Origin: Azolla caroliniana
Taxonomy: Eukaryota; Plantae; Polypodiophyta
Reading direction: 5' to 3'
Assembly: GCA_043228905.1 (NCBI GenBank)
Contig: JBHGNT010000007.1
Span: 10,912,001 to 10,976,000 of the forward strand
Length of the DNA: 64,000 bases
A program made the translations under genes and the position numbers. The notes below the pieces were generated by a model. That model had not been told where the DNA came from. It made no database searches and saw nothing but the letters and a program-made list of their open reading frames with translations. Within the stretch, counting starts at the first letter, position 1, and each line of letters starts with the position of its first letter. Below, one piece after another: positions 33,429 to 44,954 of this stretch.

Positions 33429-36400
33429 TGTGCAGCCCATTAGTGGTTCCATTCCCTCTAAGCAAGTTAGTGATGTGTTCGTAGCCCAAGTAGCAGTTAG
33501 TACTAAAAGTACCCCTCCAGTACATACCTTAGCCCTTCTAGATTCCGGAGCTAATTCTTGCTTCATGGATAGGAATTTTGCCCGAGCTCATCAGATATCT
33601 CTCAGAAAGCTCCCATGTCCAGCCTCAGTAGTAGTCATTGATGGTCGTCCCATTGCTTCTGGTAATATCATAGAAGAGTCGGAACCCGTTAATATTGTCC
33701 TAGATAACTTAACATGTGTAGTATCATTTAATATTATTAGTATTCCAGAACATCCCATAGTTTTAGGATTACCATGGTTCGAGTTACATAACCCAGACAT
33801 AGATTGGAGGACAAGGGAAATCCGGTTGCGACAAACCTAAGGATCTACCCAGAAGGTTGCAACCATTTCGCTACATCAGTTGCGTGAGGAAGGGCGCAAG
33901 GAGGAAATGTTTCTCTTCGCAATATCAGTACAACCCTCCAGCACCACCAAAGAGGAGTCCACCGTTCAACTTCCCGAGAAGTATCGTCAGTATGCTGATG
34001 TGTTCGATAAAGTACAAGCCAACACACTTCCTCATCATCGGCCGTACGATTGCGCCATCGACTTACAACCGGGAAAAGAGCCGCCATGGGGGCCGATCTA
34101 CAATTTGTCACCAACCGAGCTAGAAGTCCTCCGAGCCTATATAGAGGAGAATTTGGAGAACGGTTTCATTCGGCATTCGAAATCTCCAGCCGGTGCACCC
34201 ATTTTCTTCGTCAAGAAAAAAGATGGCTCGCTTCGACTCGTTGTAGATTACCGTGGCTTGAATAAGGTCACAGTAAGAAATAGGTATGCTCTTCCCCTTA
34301 TCTCAAGTCTTTTAGAACGGATCAACGGTGCCAGGTTCTTCACGAAGATCGACTTACGAGGAGCCTATAACCTCGTACGGATCCGACCAGGAGATGAATG
34401 GAAGACCGCGTTTCGCACCAGATATGGGCACTTCGAGTATACGGTCATGCCATTCGGACTCACTAATGCGCCGGCAGTCTTCCAGCACATGGCGAATGAT
34501 ATATTTCGAGATCTCTTGGATGATTTTTTGATCATCTATTTGGATGATCTACTGGTTTATTCAAAGACCCAAGAAGAACATGATTCTCATGTACTATTAG
34601 TACTAAAACGACTTCGAGAACATGGTCTGTATGCAAAGTTAGAGAAATGTAGTTTCGGGTGCAACCAAGTGGAATTTCTCGGCTATGTCATCTCCTCAGA
34701 AGGCATATCTATGGACCCAGCCAAGGTGAAAACGGTGATAGAATGGCACACTCCGCGTTCGGTGCGGGATGTGCAATGCTTCCTAGGCTTTGCAAATTTT
34801 TACCGGAAGTTCATACAAAATTACTCAAAAATTGTGCTGCCTCTCACACAGCTCACCAGGAAGGGACAATCATTCATTTGGTCTAAAGAGACGGACATGG
34901 CTTTCGAGAGTCTTAAGAAGGCGTTTACATCAGCTCCAATTTTAGGTCATGTGGATCCGGAAAAACCATTCATTATCGAAGCTGACGCATCGGATTTCGC
35001 ATTGGGGAGCATTCTGTCACAACAGGGTAACGACGAGAAGCTACATCCTGTGGCTTTCCACTCCCGTAAGTTTGACGCCGCCGAAATCAACTACGAAATT
35101 CATGATAAAGAGCTATTAGCAATAGTTGATTCTTTTATGCAATGGAGGCATTTCCTGGAGGGATCTCCTCATCAGGTCACTGTATTCAGTGACCACAAGA
35201 ACCTTGCCTACTTTCAAGATGCTCGTGTACTGAATCGACGTCAAGCTCGGTGGGCCCACTTCCTCACACGCTTCGACTTCAAAATTACATATCGTCCGGG
35301 GAAGCACCAAGGGAAGGCAAATGCATTATCACGGCGTTCGTATCTAACACCACGTCCCGGTGAGCCAGCTTTCGATAACCAGAAGCAAGTAATCTTGGGT
35401 CCAGCACGACTGCAAGCAGCACAAGTCTTTGACATGCCCGTGGATTCCGACATTACCAATACTATACGTGAGGACTTGAAGACTGACGCTTTCGCCCAAG
35501 CTATACTAGCACAAATTGACCCCTCTCGAGCGTCATGTTCACAATCACAATCACCAGGTACGGATTATCGGCAATTCAAATACTGTGATGGATTACTCTT
35601 CTTTAAAGAACTTTTGTATGTTCCTAATGGTTCTTGCCGCCTTCGAGTAGTACAAAATTGCCATGACACATATACAGCAGGACATTTTGGTAGTACTAAA
35701 ACATTAGATTTAGTACAACGATCATTCTGGTGGCCCCGTATGCGACAATTTGTCGAAGATTTTGTTCGGACTTGCGATACATGCTGCAGAGCGAAAATGC
35801 CAAGACATCATCCATATGGTTTATTAGAACCATTACCAATTCCAAGCAAGCCATGGCAATCCATTGCTCTTGACTTCATTACAGATCTTCCAGTCTCTAA
35901 GGGATTCAGTGCGATTCTCACAGTGGTGGATCGATATACGAAGATGGCTCATTTCTTACCATGTACTAAAGAAATATCTAGTGAAGACACCGCCGAAATT
36001 GTCATGCGGGAAGTATGTCGGCATCATGGACTCCCTGATAATATCATCAGCGATCGTGGACCCCAGTTTGTGTCAAAATTCTGGAAGCACCTTTTTAAAA
36101 TGCTGAAGGTCACTTGTAACCTCTCCTCCGGCTACCACCCACAAACCGACGGTCAAGCCGAACGAACAAATCAAACACTGGAGCAGTATCTGCGGTGCTT
36201 TCTCAACTATCATCAGAATGACTGGGCAGATATTCTTCAGTTCGCCGAATTTGCCTATAATAACACTATCCACGCATCGACTAAAGTCACGCCATTCTAC
36301 GCTTATACGGGATATCATCCCCGGTGGTGTGTCCTTGAAACCCCAGAAGTGTCCACAAATCCTTGCGCGGAGGATCGTTTGGAGCGGTTACGCAAGATAC

Positions 36401-36969
36401 AAGCGGATTTATCTACTCAACTCCAGCAAGCTCAACAATCACACAAGGACTACGCAGATCGTCATCGACTTCCATCCAGTTTTAACATTGGAGATCGGGT
36501 GTGGCTGCTACGACGACACATCAAGACTACTCGCCCATGTGAGAAGTTGGATTATCGGCGATTAGGTCCTTTCCGTATTATCGGGAAGATTAATGATGTC
36601 GCTTTTCGTCTCGAGCTACCTCCGCAACTTCGGATACATCCGGTGTTTCATAGTTCTCTCCTCGAACCCTATCACGAGAGCACTATCCCAGGACGTACTA
36701 TACAACCACCACCTCCTATCGAGCTCGAAGATGGACCTGAGTATGAGGTCGCTGCCATCCTCGATTCCAAGATTGTTCGCAACAAGCTCTACTATCTAGT
36801 CGATTGGCTAGGATATAGTCCCAGCGAGCGTACTTGGGAACCGATCGAGAATGTGACCAATGCTCGTGCTCTTCTAGAAGACTTCCATCGACGATATCCC
36901 GAGAAACCGGGTCCTCAATCCAAAACGACTCGTGAAACTCGTCGTTTTAAAGGGGGGATAGTGTCATAA
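33376..36969 (+). CDS. pol: Chromovirus Pol: protease, RT, RNase H, integrase and chromodomain; one in-frame TAA at 33838-33840
   Basis: ALLDSGA protease; RT PAGAPIFFVKKKDGSLR, IYLDD; RNase H EADASD, NYEIHDKEL; integrase HHCC and YHPQTDGQAER; GPF motif; chromodomain YEVAAILD...YLVDWLGY...TWEP. Confidence 0.93.
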
Positions 36970-37251
36970 CTAGACTCGAACCCATAACCTTTTGTTACAC
37001 GGGTCGAGACTTTACCATTAGGTTATGAATTGTAATTTGAAGGATATTATTTTCATTTAGGTTTTATTGGGAAATTGATGTATATTCCAGATTTCTCTGG
37101 AACATTCTAGAAACTTCAGGAGTATTCCTGAAGACACTATAAAAGGAGGCGCAAGGCATTAGTTCGAACCAAATCGGTTCAACGCCAGTCTTAAGCCTTC
37201 TAACTACTGTTGTATATCTTCCTTCATATAATACATATATCTTTCGCATCA

Positions 37252-37295
<44 letters not shown>

Positions 37296-40200
37296 ACTCA
37301 TTCCTTCTCTCAAAAGTTCGACACCTCTCATAGTACTAATCATTCTCTGTCTTAGTACTATTCCCCAACAATAGTACTAATCCTTCTTTTAGTACTAATT
37401 CCTTCTCTGCCTTAATAGAGTTCCTGACAGAGAGAGAGGAAGAGGTCGTTGCCTCTGTTGTAACCGCCGCCTGTGGCGAAGATCGTGAGCACGAGGTCAT
37501 TGCCTCTGTTAGCTCACTGTTGTAATCATTGTGACATAGTGATAGTTTGGAGTCTGTGAACTCCCGTGGTTTTTCCCTCTCAGGGTTTTCCACGTTAAAC
37601 ATCTTGTGTACTGTTCTCTCCTTTGTGTCATGCGTTCATTATCCATTTTCTGTGTTTGATTTTAGACTCGGTTGTGGCCGAGCGTTGTTCATCGGAGCAT
37701 GTAGTTCCTATCACGTAGTCCACACCGTGCTTCTACGCGTAGCCTTTCGCCTCTAAGCGGTCCTTGTATCGATTGATTGAGCCGTCAGTATTGTATTTCA
37801 CTTTATACACCCACCTACATCCGATCGGCTTTACACCCTTCGGTGCGTCAACCAGGTCCGAAGTCTCATTATCAGTCCATCGCGGCACGCCAGTTTGCGT
37901 CTTTCGCCGCTTCTGCATAGCTCTCCGGCTCACGCACTTCCGCCACTCGCGTCATGTATGCATAATGGTGCGCCATGTACTCATTATACCCGTATCTTTT
38001 CACGGGGTTCTTGAGGCGAGTAGATCGGCGTAATTCGTGATTACCCGATTTCATGACCTTTTCGGCTACTATCGACCTCTTCCGTGGAGGTTTCTTTTCA
38101 GTTTGTCAGTAGTCAGACTCGCTCCGATCTGACTCGGCACTGCCAAAGTTGTATTCCGGCATTTTCTTCTTGCCCTTCTCTTTACACGTAAACCGTCTTC
38201 TCGGTTCTTTACGCGGGGACATCACGGCAGAGTCTCCACTACTCGCCGTCTCTTCAATAGGTTGGTCATTTCGGCTCAACCCTTCATCCAGCCCGCTTAG
38301 CCGAAATGAGACCAGACTCTCTCAGAGCTCTGATTTCCTCATCATGCAGAGGCATCTCAGCCTCGTTGACTTCTTCCTCAAATTTTGGAATGGAGTCGTG
38401 AGGTATTGGAGGTGAAGGCAGGTACCACGAAGCGGATTCGTCGAACATGACATCTCAACTTATGCGTACTTCCTTTGTTCAGGGGTTATAACATTTATAC
38501 CCCTTCTACTCATCTAGATAGCCAACTAAGATGCACTTTTCGGCTTCGGCGTCTAGCTTCCTCCTCTTTTCCTTCGGCACATGCACATATGCAATGCTAC
38601 CGAAAATCCTCAAGTGTGCCAAGTTCGGCTTCTTCCCGAAATACAATTCATGTGGCAACATTCCTCCATTAGTAGAAGTCTGATTCTGCAAGTAGACAAC
38701 CGTCCTCACGGCTTCAGCCCAATAGAATTTCGGCATATGCTTCTCTTCAAGCATTGCCCTGGCCGCTTCTTCGATTGTCCGATTCTTCCGCTCGACCACG
38801 TTGTTCTACTGCGGCGTGTATCTACACGAGAATTCATGTTGAATTCCCTCCTTTTGTAGATAACTTGTGAACTGGTCGGAGAACTACTTCTTCCCGCCAT
38901 CGGACCATAAGCATTTGATCTTACGCCCTGTTTCCCTTTCCACAAGGCTCTTCACCTTCTTCGCAATCGTGCATACCCACGTATGTCGAGTGAAGTCGTC
39001 GATGAAGGTTACGAAGTAACGGGTTCCACTGAGACTCACGTTCTATGCCGGACCCCACACATCCGAATGGATCAAATCCAATGGATTTCAACTACGATTA
39101 TGCTCGTTGGGGAATGGAAGTCGGTGTTGTTTTCCCATCTGGCAGGCTTCGCAAACTTGGCCACTCCGGCCTCGAAATTTCGGCAAGCCGAACACAATGT
39201 TCTTCGTCTGCATTTCACGAAGCCGCAGGAAGTTAATATGGCTGAACCGCTTATGCCACGGGTCGATGTCTGACTCGACCTTCTGCCCTTTCACAAACAT
39301 AGTGGTGCCCACATTGTTGGTTTCGATGATAAACATCCTCCCTTCACAGTGTCCTTGCGCGATATCTTGCCTTCCTCTTCTATGAAGCAACCGAGATGCG
39401 TAAATCGAACCTGCAAGTACAAGAACCATTCCTCGTGACTCGTCATATGATTTGACGCTCCGGAATCAACATACCACACCTCGCTTTATTTCGAGGTGTT
39501 CACAACCATAGAATTGTCCTTATGCTTCGTTACGAAGGTTGGACCCAATTTGTTTTCGGCTCGTTCAGAGCCTTTTGCGTACTGTGATCTCTCACACCTC
39601 TCTGCGTCTCTTCGGCTCAATCTGGCTTTGTCCGAATCAGCTCTCTTTTTCCAGCACTCGCTCTCCTTGTGGCCTTTCTTGCCATAGTACCAACATTCCG
39701 ACGCGGCCTTCTCTTGCCAGCTTCCGGCACCACCATGACTCTCCCTGCTTGTCGGCATTTCGATTATGCCGCTTGTTCTGCTCTTGTCGGCCGCCTCCAT
39801 TGCGCACCGATCTGCCTCGTCCACCATGACCATGGGGCCTATCTTCCTTTGTGTACAACATCTTGCCGTCAGCATGCGTACTCGTTGACACACCCGCGTG
39901 ATTTTCCTCCATGAGAAACATTGACTGAAGCTCGAAGAACGAAGGTGTATTCTCCCTCGTATAGACCGTCGTTCGGAAGGCTCCAAAGTTGGACACTAGC
40001 CCAACAAGGCAAACCTGCACCATTTCATCTTCCTCAATGTTCACGATGATGGAGGTGAGAGAATCGCAGATTTCCTTGATTCGGGCCGTGTAATCAGCCA
40101 CGGAAAGATCCTTTTGTCAGACATTGCTGAGCTCATGCCTGAGCTGTAGCTTCCTAGCTGTTGTGATTGCAGCGAAAATCTTTTTGAGATTCGCCCACGT

Positions 40201-43200
40201 GTCCTTTGGCGTCATGGCATCCTGAATATAGCTCAATGGCTGGTCGCTCGCACAGGATGCAAAGCAATAGAGAACTCTACTTGCCGCTTGTTCCCAAGCC
40301 GAAAAATCTCTGTGTGTCGAATCAGATGCTACATCATTAGCTCCTTCGACATAACTCCAGTAGTCGTGACCAAGCAGGTACTGGTGCATCTTGTACGACC
40401 AAGATGCGTAGTTGCTCCTATCGAGCTTTTCAGTCGGTAGTGAGCTTCCCATACCTCTGTCCATATTGTTGTCTTTTTCTTTTCCAAAAAAAAAACAAAA
40501 GAACAACTTCAACTCTGTTTTGTCACAAGCTTTTCTTGTCGGCTGTAAAGGACTTCAACCCTCGCGCTCTCATACCATGTAAAAGAATACGTGTGCGGAA
40601 ACGTGTGCGTAAATATAGAGTACACAGTTCGGAAATAAGACAATTCAGTAAACGCAAAAAACACAGAGATGGAGATGGAGATGGAGAGACAAAGAGAGAG
40701 CAGACAACTCATTTCTATTTCAAAATAATGACGCTCTGTACATTCTTCGTGCTCAGTGAGCACCTTTTATACAAGCCCTAACTATGGGGCTGACACAAGT
40801 ACTACCAGTACTTGACCGCTCATAAATGAGCCTACTACACTAACTCCCAAAATTATTCCTTACGAGGAATACCATACTAACGGCCTTTCGGTTTACACAC
40901 CGATACGGCCACGTTATGCATACTGTTTTACGCATCCAGTCTACGCATTGGGTTACGCACAGTATTACGCACCCAATGTTGAGCTTGTCACTCAACAAAA
41001 GGTTCAAATCCTACTTGCACCTCTCTATACACACTAAATGCAATTAGGCCCTAGGATTATTTATTATTGATTTAATTTCATTTTTTACAAGTATTTGTGT
41101 ACTATGCGTAGAACCACACTTTTTCTCCCACTCGACGTGCAAAATCACGACAATGGCCCGGAAGTTGCAACTCCGACAAAAGTTGAGCAATGTCCAACAA
41201 AAGGACATGTCAGTGGCCGACTACACGGCTTGGAGCAAAGACATCCGTGACTCACTTGCCTCTATCAATGTAACCGTCGAGGAAGATGAGACGGTGCAGA
41301 TTTGTCTCGTGGGCCTGACGTCAAAGTTCGGAGCATTCCGGACGACGGTCTATACAAGGGAGAATACGCCTTCGTTTTTCGACTTACAGTCGATGCTCCT
41401 TGTAGAGGAGAACCACGCGGGTGCATCAACGAGTATGCACACCGACAACAAGATGTTGTACACGGAGGCGGATTGGCCCCGTGGTCGTGGTGGACGGGGC
41501 GGATCGGCACACGGTGGAAGCGGCCGACAAGAGCTGAACTGAAGGCACAAGGATGGTGTCGATAATAGTTCTAGAGCCTCCACAAGCAGGGGGAGTCAAA
41601 GCGGTGCCGGAAACCGGGAAGAGAAGACTGCAACAAAATGTTGGTACTGTAGCCGAAAGGGCCATAGAGAGAGCGAGTGCTGGAAGAAGCGCACTGATTC
41701 GGACAAATCCGTATTCGTCAAGGCCAGATGGGGAAACCGGCAAAGCTCGCACTACGCGGAGGGACCGGAAGGATCGGGCCCAGCCTTTGTGATGAAACAC
41801 AAGGCCAATTCAATGAAGACAAGCACCTCGAAACTAAATGAGTTATGGTATGTTGATTCCGAAGCGTCAAACCATATGACAAGCCACGCGGAGTGGTTTG
41901 CTTATCTAGAAAAACTGGAACAACCGGGGGTGGTCGAAACTGGAGACGACACCCCACATACCATCGAGCACATCGTAGAGTTTCCCCTCAACCATGTCGG
42001 GCATAAGGGAAAGCTGAGGAACATCATGCACGTTCCGACAATCATCAAGAACCTGGTAGTAGTCAGAACATGTAGTTTTCGGGCTACCGAATTTCAGTGG
42101 CCAAAAAGGCCAAATATGTGAAGCTTCCCAGCTCGGGAAATAGCATAGGCTTCCATTCCCCAATGAGAAGAATCGGAGCTGGAATTGGCTTCATTTTATC
42201 CACTCGGATGTGTGGGAACCAGCACAAATCATGAGCATCGGTGGGAGTCGGTATTTTGTCTCCTTCATCAACGATTTCACCCGGCACACTTGGATCTATC
42301 TAATCAAGAAGAAAAGAGAAGTCTTCTCATGTTTCTGGGATTTGAAGAACCTTGTTGAACGCGAAACCGGAAGAAAGATCAAGTGTCTGAGATCGGATGG
42401 TGGAAAAGAGTACTTTTCCAGCCAGTTCACGAATTATCTACAGACAAAGGGAATCCGACAGGAATTCTCTTGCAAATACACGTCGGAGCAGAATAGCGTG
42501 GCCGAGCGTCGGAACAAGACGCTGGTAGAAGTGGCAAGGGCGATGCTCCAGGAGAAAAGCACGCCTAGGTATTATTGGGCCGAAGCAGTTAAGACAACCG
42601 TCAACATCCAAAATCAAATATTTGCCTTAGGGACGAAGTTGTCGCCGCATGAACTATATTTCAAGCGGAAGCCGAATTTGGCACACCTTTGGGTGTTCGG
42701 TCGCGTTGCATATGTGCATGTGCCGAAGGAAAAATGGAGGAAGTTAGATGCAAAAGCTGAAAAATGCATTCTCATCGGTTACGCGGATGAACAAAAGGGT
42801 TATAATTGATATAACCCCCGATCGAAAGCAGTCTGAGTTAGCCGAGATGTCGTTTTTGATGAATCAACATCTTGGTACTTCTCTCCACCCTAACCCGAGC
42901 CAATTGTTGTGGATGACCTGGTGGAATCTAGAACAGAGAGAAGCGTCGTGGAATCCGAACAACCGGATTGTCTGACTTCTCTCTAGATGAGTGGACGAAA
43001 TCCAGACTGGTTGAGCCGTAGTGGTTAACCGGATGACGAGCCGTCGAGTAGTTAAGACTCGGTCGTGCTCTCCCCGCGCAAGGAATCGAGGAGACGGTTC
43101 ACGCGCAAAGAAAAAGGGAAGAAGAAGATGTCGAAATACGCCACCGGCAGCGACGAGTCGGATCGGAGTGAGACGAACCTTCGGAAGAGAAGTCTGAGTC

Positions 43201-43934
43201 GGCCAAGAGGGCCAAGAAATCAGCAGGGCAGAAACTGCACCGATCAACCCACCAGACAAACCCCGTGATGAGGTACAGGTATAACAAGTACATGGCACAT
43301 CACTAAGTGTACATGACGAAGGTGGCGGAAGTGCGTGAGTCGGAGAGCTACACAGAAGCGGCGAAGGACGCAAATTGGCGTGCCGCTATGGAGGAAGGGA
43401 TGCGGGAAAACGATACATGGGATTTGGTGGACGTACCGAAAGGAGTGAAGCTTATCAGTTGTTGTTGGGTATACAAGGTCAAATACAACACTGACGGCTC
43501 TATCAACCAGTACAAGGCCCGGTTAATAGCAAAGGGCTACGCGCAGCAGCACAACATCGACTATGATGAGACGTTCGTGTCGGTTGCAAAGATGACGACC
43601 GTCCGTGTCTTGCTTGCGGTGGTAGCGACGAAGGGGTGGCATCTACATCAGATGGATGTCAAGAACACGTTCCTACAAGGTGATCTTGTAGAACAAGTGT
43701 ATATGGTTCAACCCCCCGGTTTTCAGTCCGGAATGAATACATCGGCAGTGTGCCAATTGAAGAAGTCCCTATACGAACTTAAGCAAGCCCTACGCACCTG
43801 GAACGCGAAGATTATGCATAGACTGCGTCGGATGGGGTTTGCTCCATCGAAATCAGACTCTTCTCACTTCATCCGGCAAGGTCGGAATGGGCCGGTTAGT
43901 ATTTTAATTTATGTTGATGATTTAGTCATCACTG

Positions 43935-44460
43935 GCACCGTAAGTTAGGCGGCCCAATAATTATAAGTAGGGCGTCTTCTATGTAGCAAGGTGTTTGAAT
44001 ATTATAAGTAGGGTGTCTTCTACATAGTAAGGTGTCTACAAGGTGTGATTAGGGCGTCTTCTACGGAGTAGGGTGTTTGCAGGGTGTGAATAGGGCATCT
44101 TTTGCGGAGTAGGTGGTGTCTTCTACTAATCGTAATGTTGCTCGTCGGTGGTGTAGAAAATTCCTCCAATCTCTGAATTGAAAAATGTCGAAAAATTGAC
44201 AAGCGCTTGGTTTTATACCCTAAAAACCCTTGAAAGTTGGGTTGCCCAATAATTATAAGTAGGGTGTCTTCTGTGTAGCAAGGTGTTTGAGGGCGTCATC
44301 TGTGGAGTAGGCGTCCTCCCAATATGAGCAAGGCGTCTTCCAAGGAGGAGGGTGTCTGGATAATGAAGGGTCGGGTGTTTGGTGACAAAGGGTGTCAGCT
44401 TTTTCACTGGCGCAGTTTTTTTTAAATCCAGATCACATGCACCCTCAACTAAGTGTCTTG
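43935..44460. repeat. Unclassified repetitive segment with gggc/tgtcttct and taattataagtaggg units
   Basis: attataagtaggg(c/t)gtcttct occurs three times and gg(c/t)gtcttc many times; the segment abruptly replaces the RT of element E. Confidence 0.55.
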
Positions 44461-44546
44461 CACCGTTTGTGACCGCGATTCCCTCACCAACCCTATTTAT
44501 GATTTGGTAGAAGTTAGATACGTCGGGTCGGGGAAATAATACATAT

Positions 44547-44919
44547 TGTTGGGATTTCGGTCCCTCCGGATGGGATGTCCGGAGATGAATGACGGCAAGC
44601 CCGGTTGCGGTTACGGAACCGGAGGATGAAGAGTACCCGGCATGAAGCCGGATGAAGAGTACCCGGCTACGAATCCGGATGATGAAGACCCGGCTACGGA
44701 TCCGGATGATGAAGACCCCGGCTACGGAGCCGGATGACGAATGTACCCGGAGAGAGATCCGGATGCAGGGACATATTTGTGAATATGTTTGCCAAGGGCC
44801 CTTGAGGCTATATTTGTAAATAGCCCGAAAGTCATATGTGTATAAATATGACTTAGGGCAAACAGTTTATGTTGTTGCTCATTTTTCTATTTTCCACTTA
44901 GAGGGAGTGAAGAGAGCAG

Positions 44920-44954
<35 letters not shown>

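Larger units (their letters stand above)
31636..37429 (+). mobile_element. Young full-length Ty3/Gypsy chromovirus (Tcn1 / Tf1-sushi-like); LTRs 31636-32113 and 36962-37429
   Basis: TGTCA...TGACA LTRs that differ only in (CT)n length (10 bp) and one substitution seen by eye; TSD GAGAG; PPT aaaggggggatag at 36949-36961; chromodomain at the integrase C-terminus. Confidence 0.97.
26919..37713 (+). mobile_element. Copia element A2 (5' LTR 26919-27626; 3' LTR 31236-37713 split by the chromovirus); no TSD
   Basis: TGTTAGGAAACAGG...TCA LTRs; PBS TGGTATCAAAGC at 27630; PPT gaaggggaag; flanks ATCTA / CGTAG do not match. Confidence 0.92.
26477..40997 (-). mobile_element. Copia element B1 (5' LTR 40578-40997, 3' LTR 26477-26871); degenerate gag-PR-INT and start of RT at 40463-37714
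   Basis: Matching LTR pair; TSD AAAGG (26472-26476 / 40998-41002); PBS TGGTATGAGAGC at 40577-40566; PPT at 26872-26880; WYVDSGASNHMT; IGCRWVYKVK. Confidence 0.93.
25958..41152 (-). mobile_element. Solo LTR (~670 bp) of the tRNA-Trp Gypsy lineage, split into 25958-26476 and 40998-41152 by Copia B1
   Basis: Termini TGTCGCGA...TCACGACA; both ends match the reverse complement of the 5457-7203 LTR ends; flanked by ATAG / ATGG. Confidence 0.8.
25113..43935 (+). mobile_element. Copia element E (outermost layer of the nest): 5' LTR ~25113-25555, gag 25651-25957 resuming at 41153, PR/INT/RT to ~43935, 3' part lost
   Basis: LTR ends TTTTACA followed directly by TGGTATCAGAGC. Gag ...NVFSASTI| joins |ARKLQLRQKL. 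Also WYVDSEASNHMT, LRSDGGKEY and RT ILIYVDD. Confidence 0.85.
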
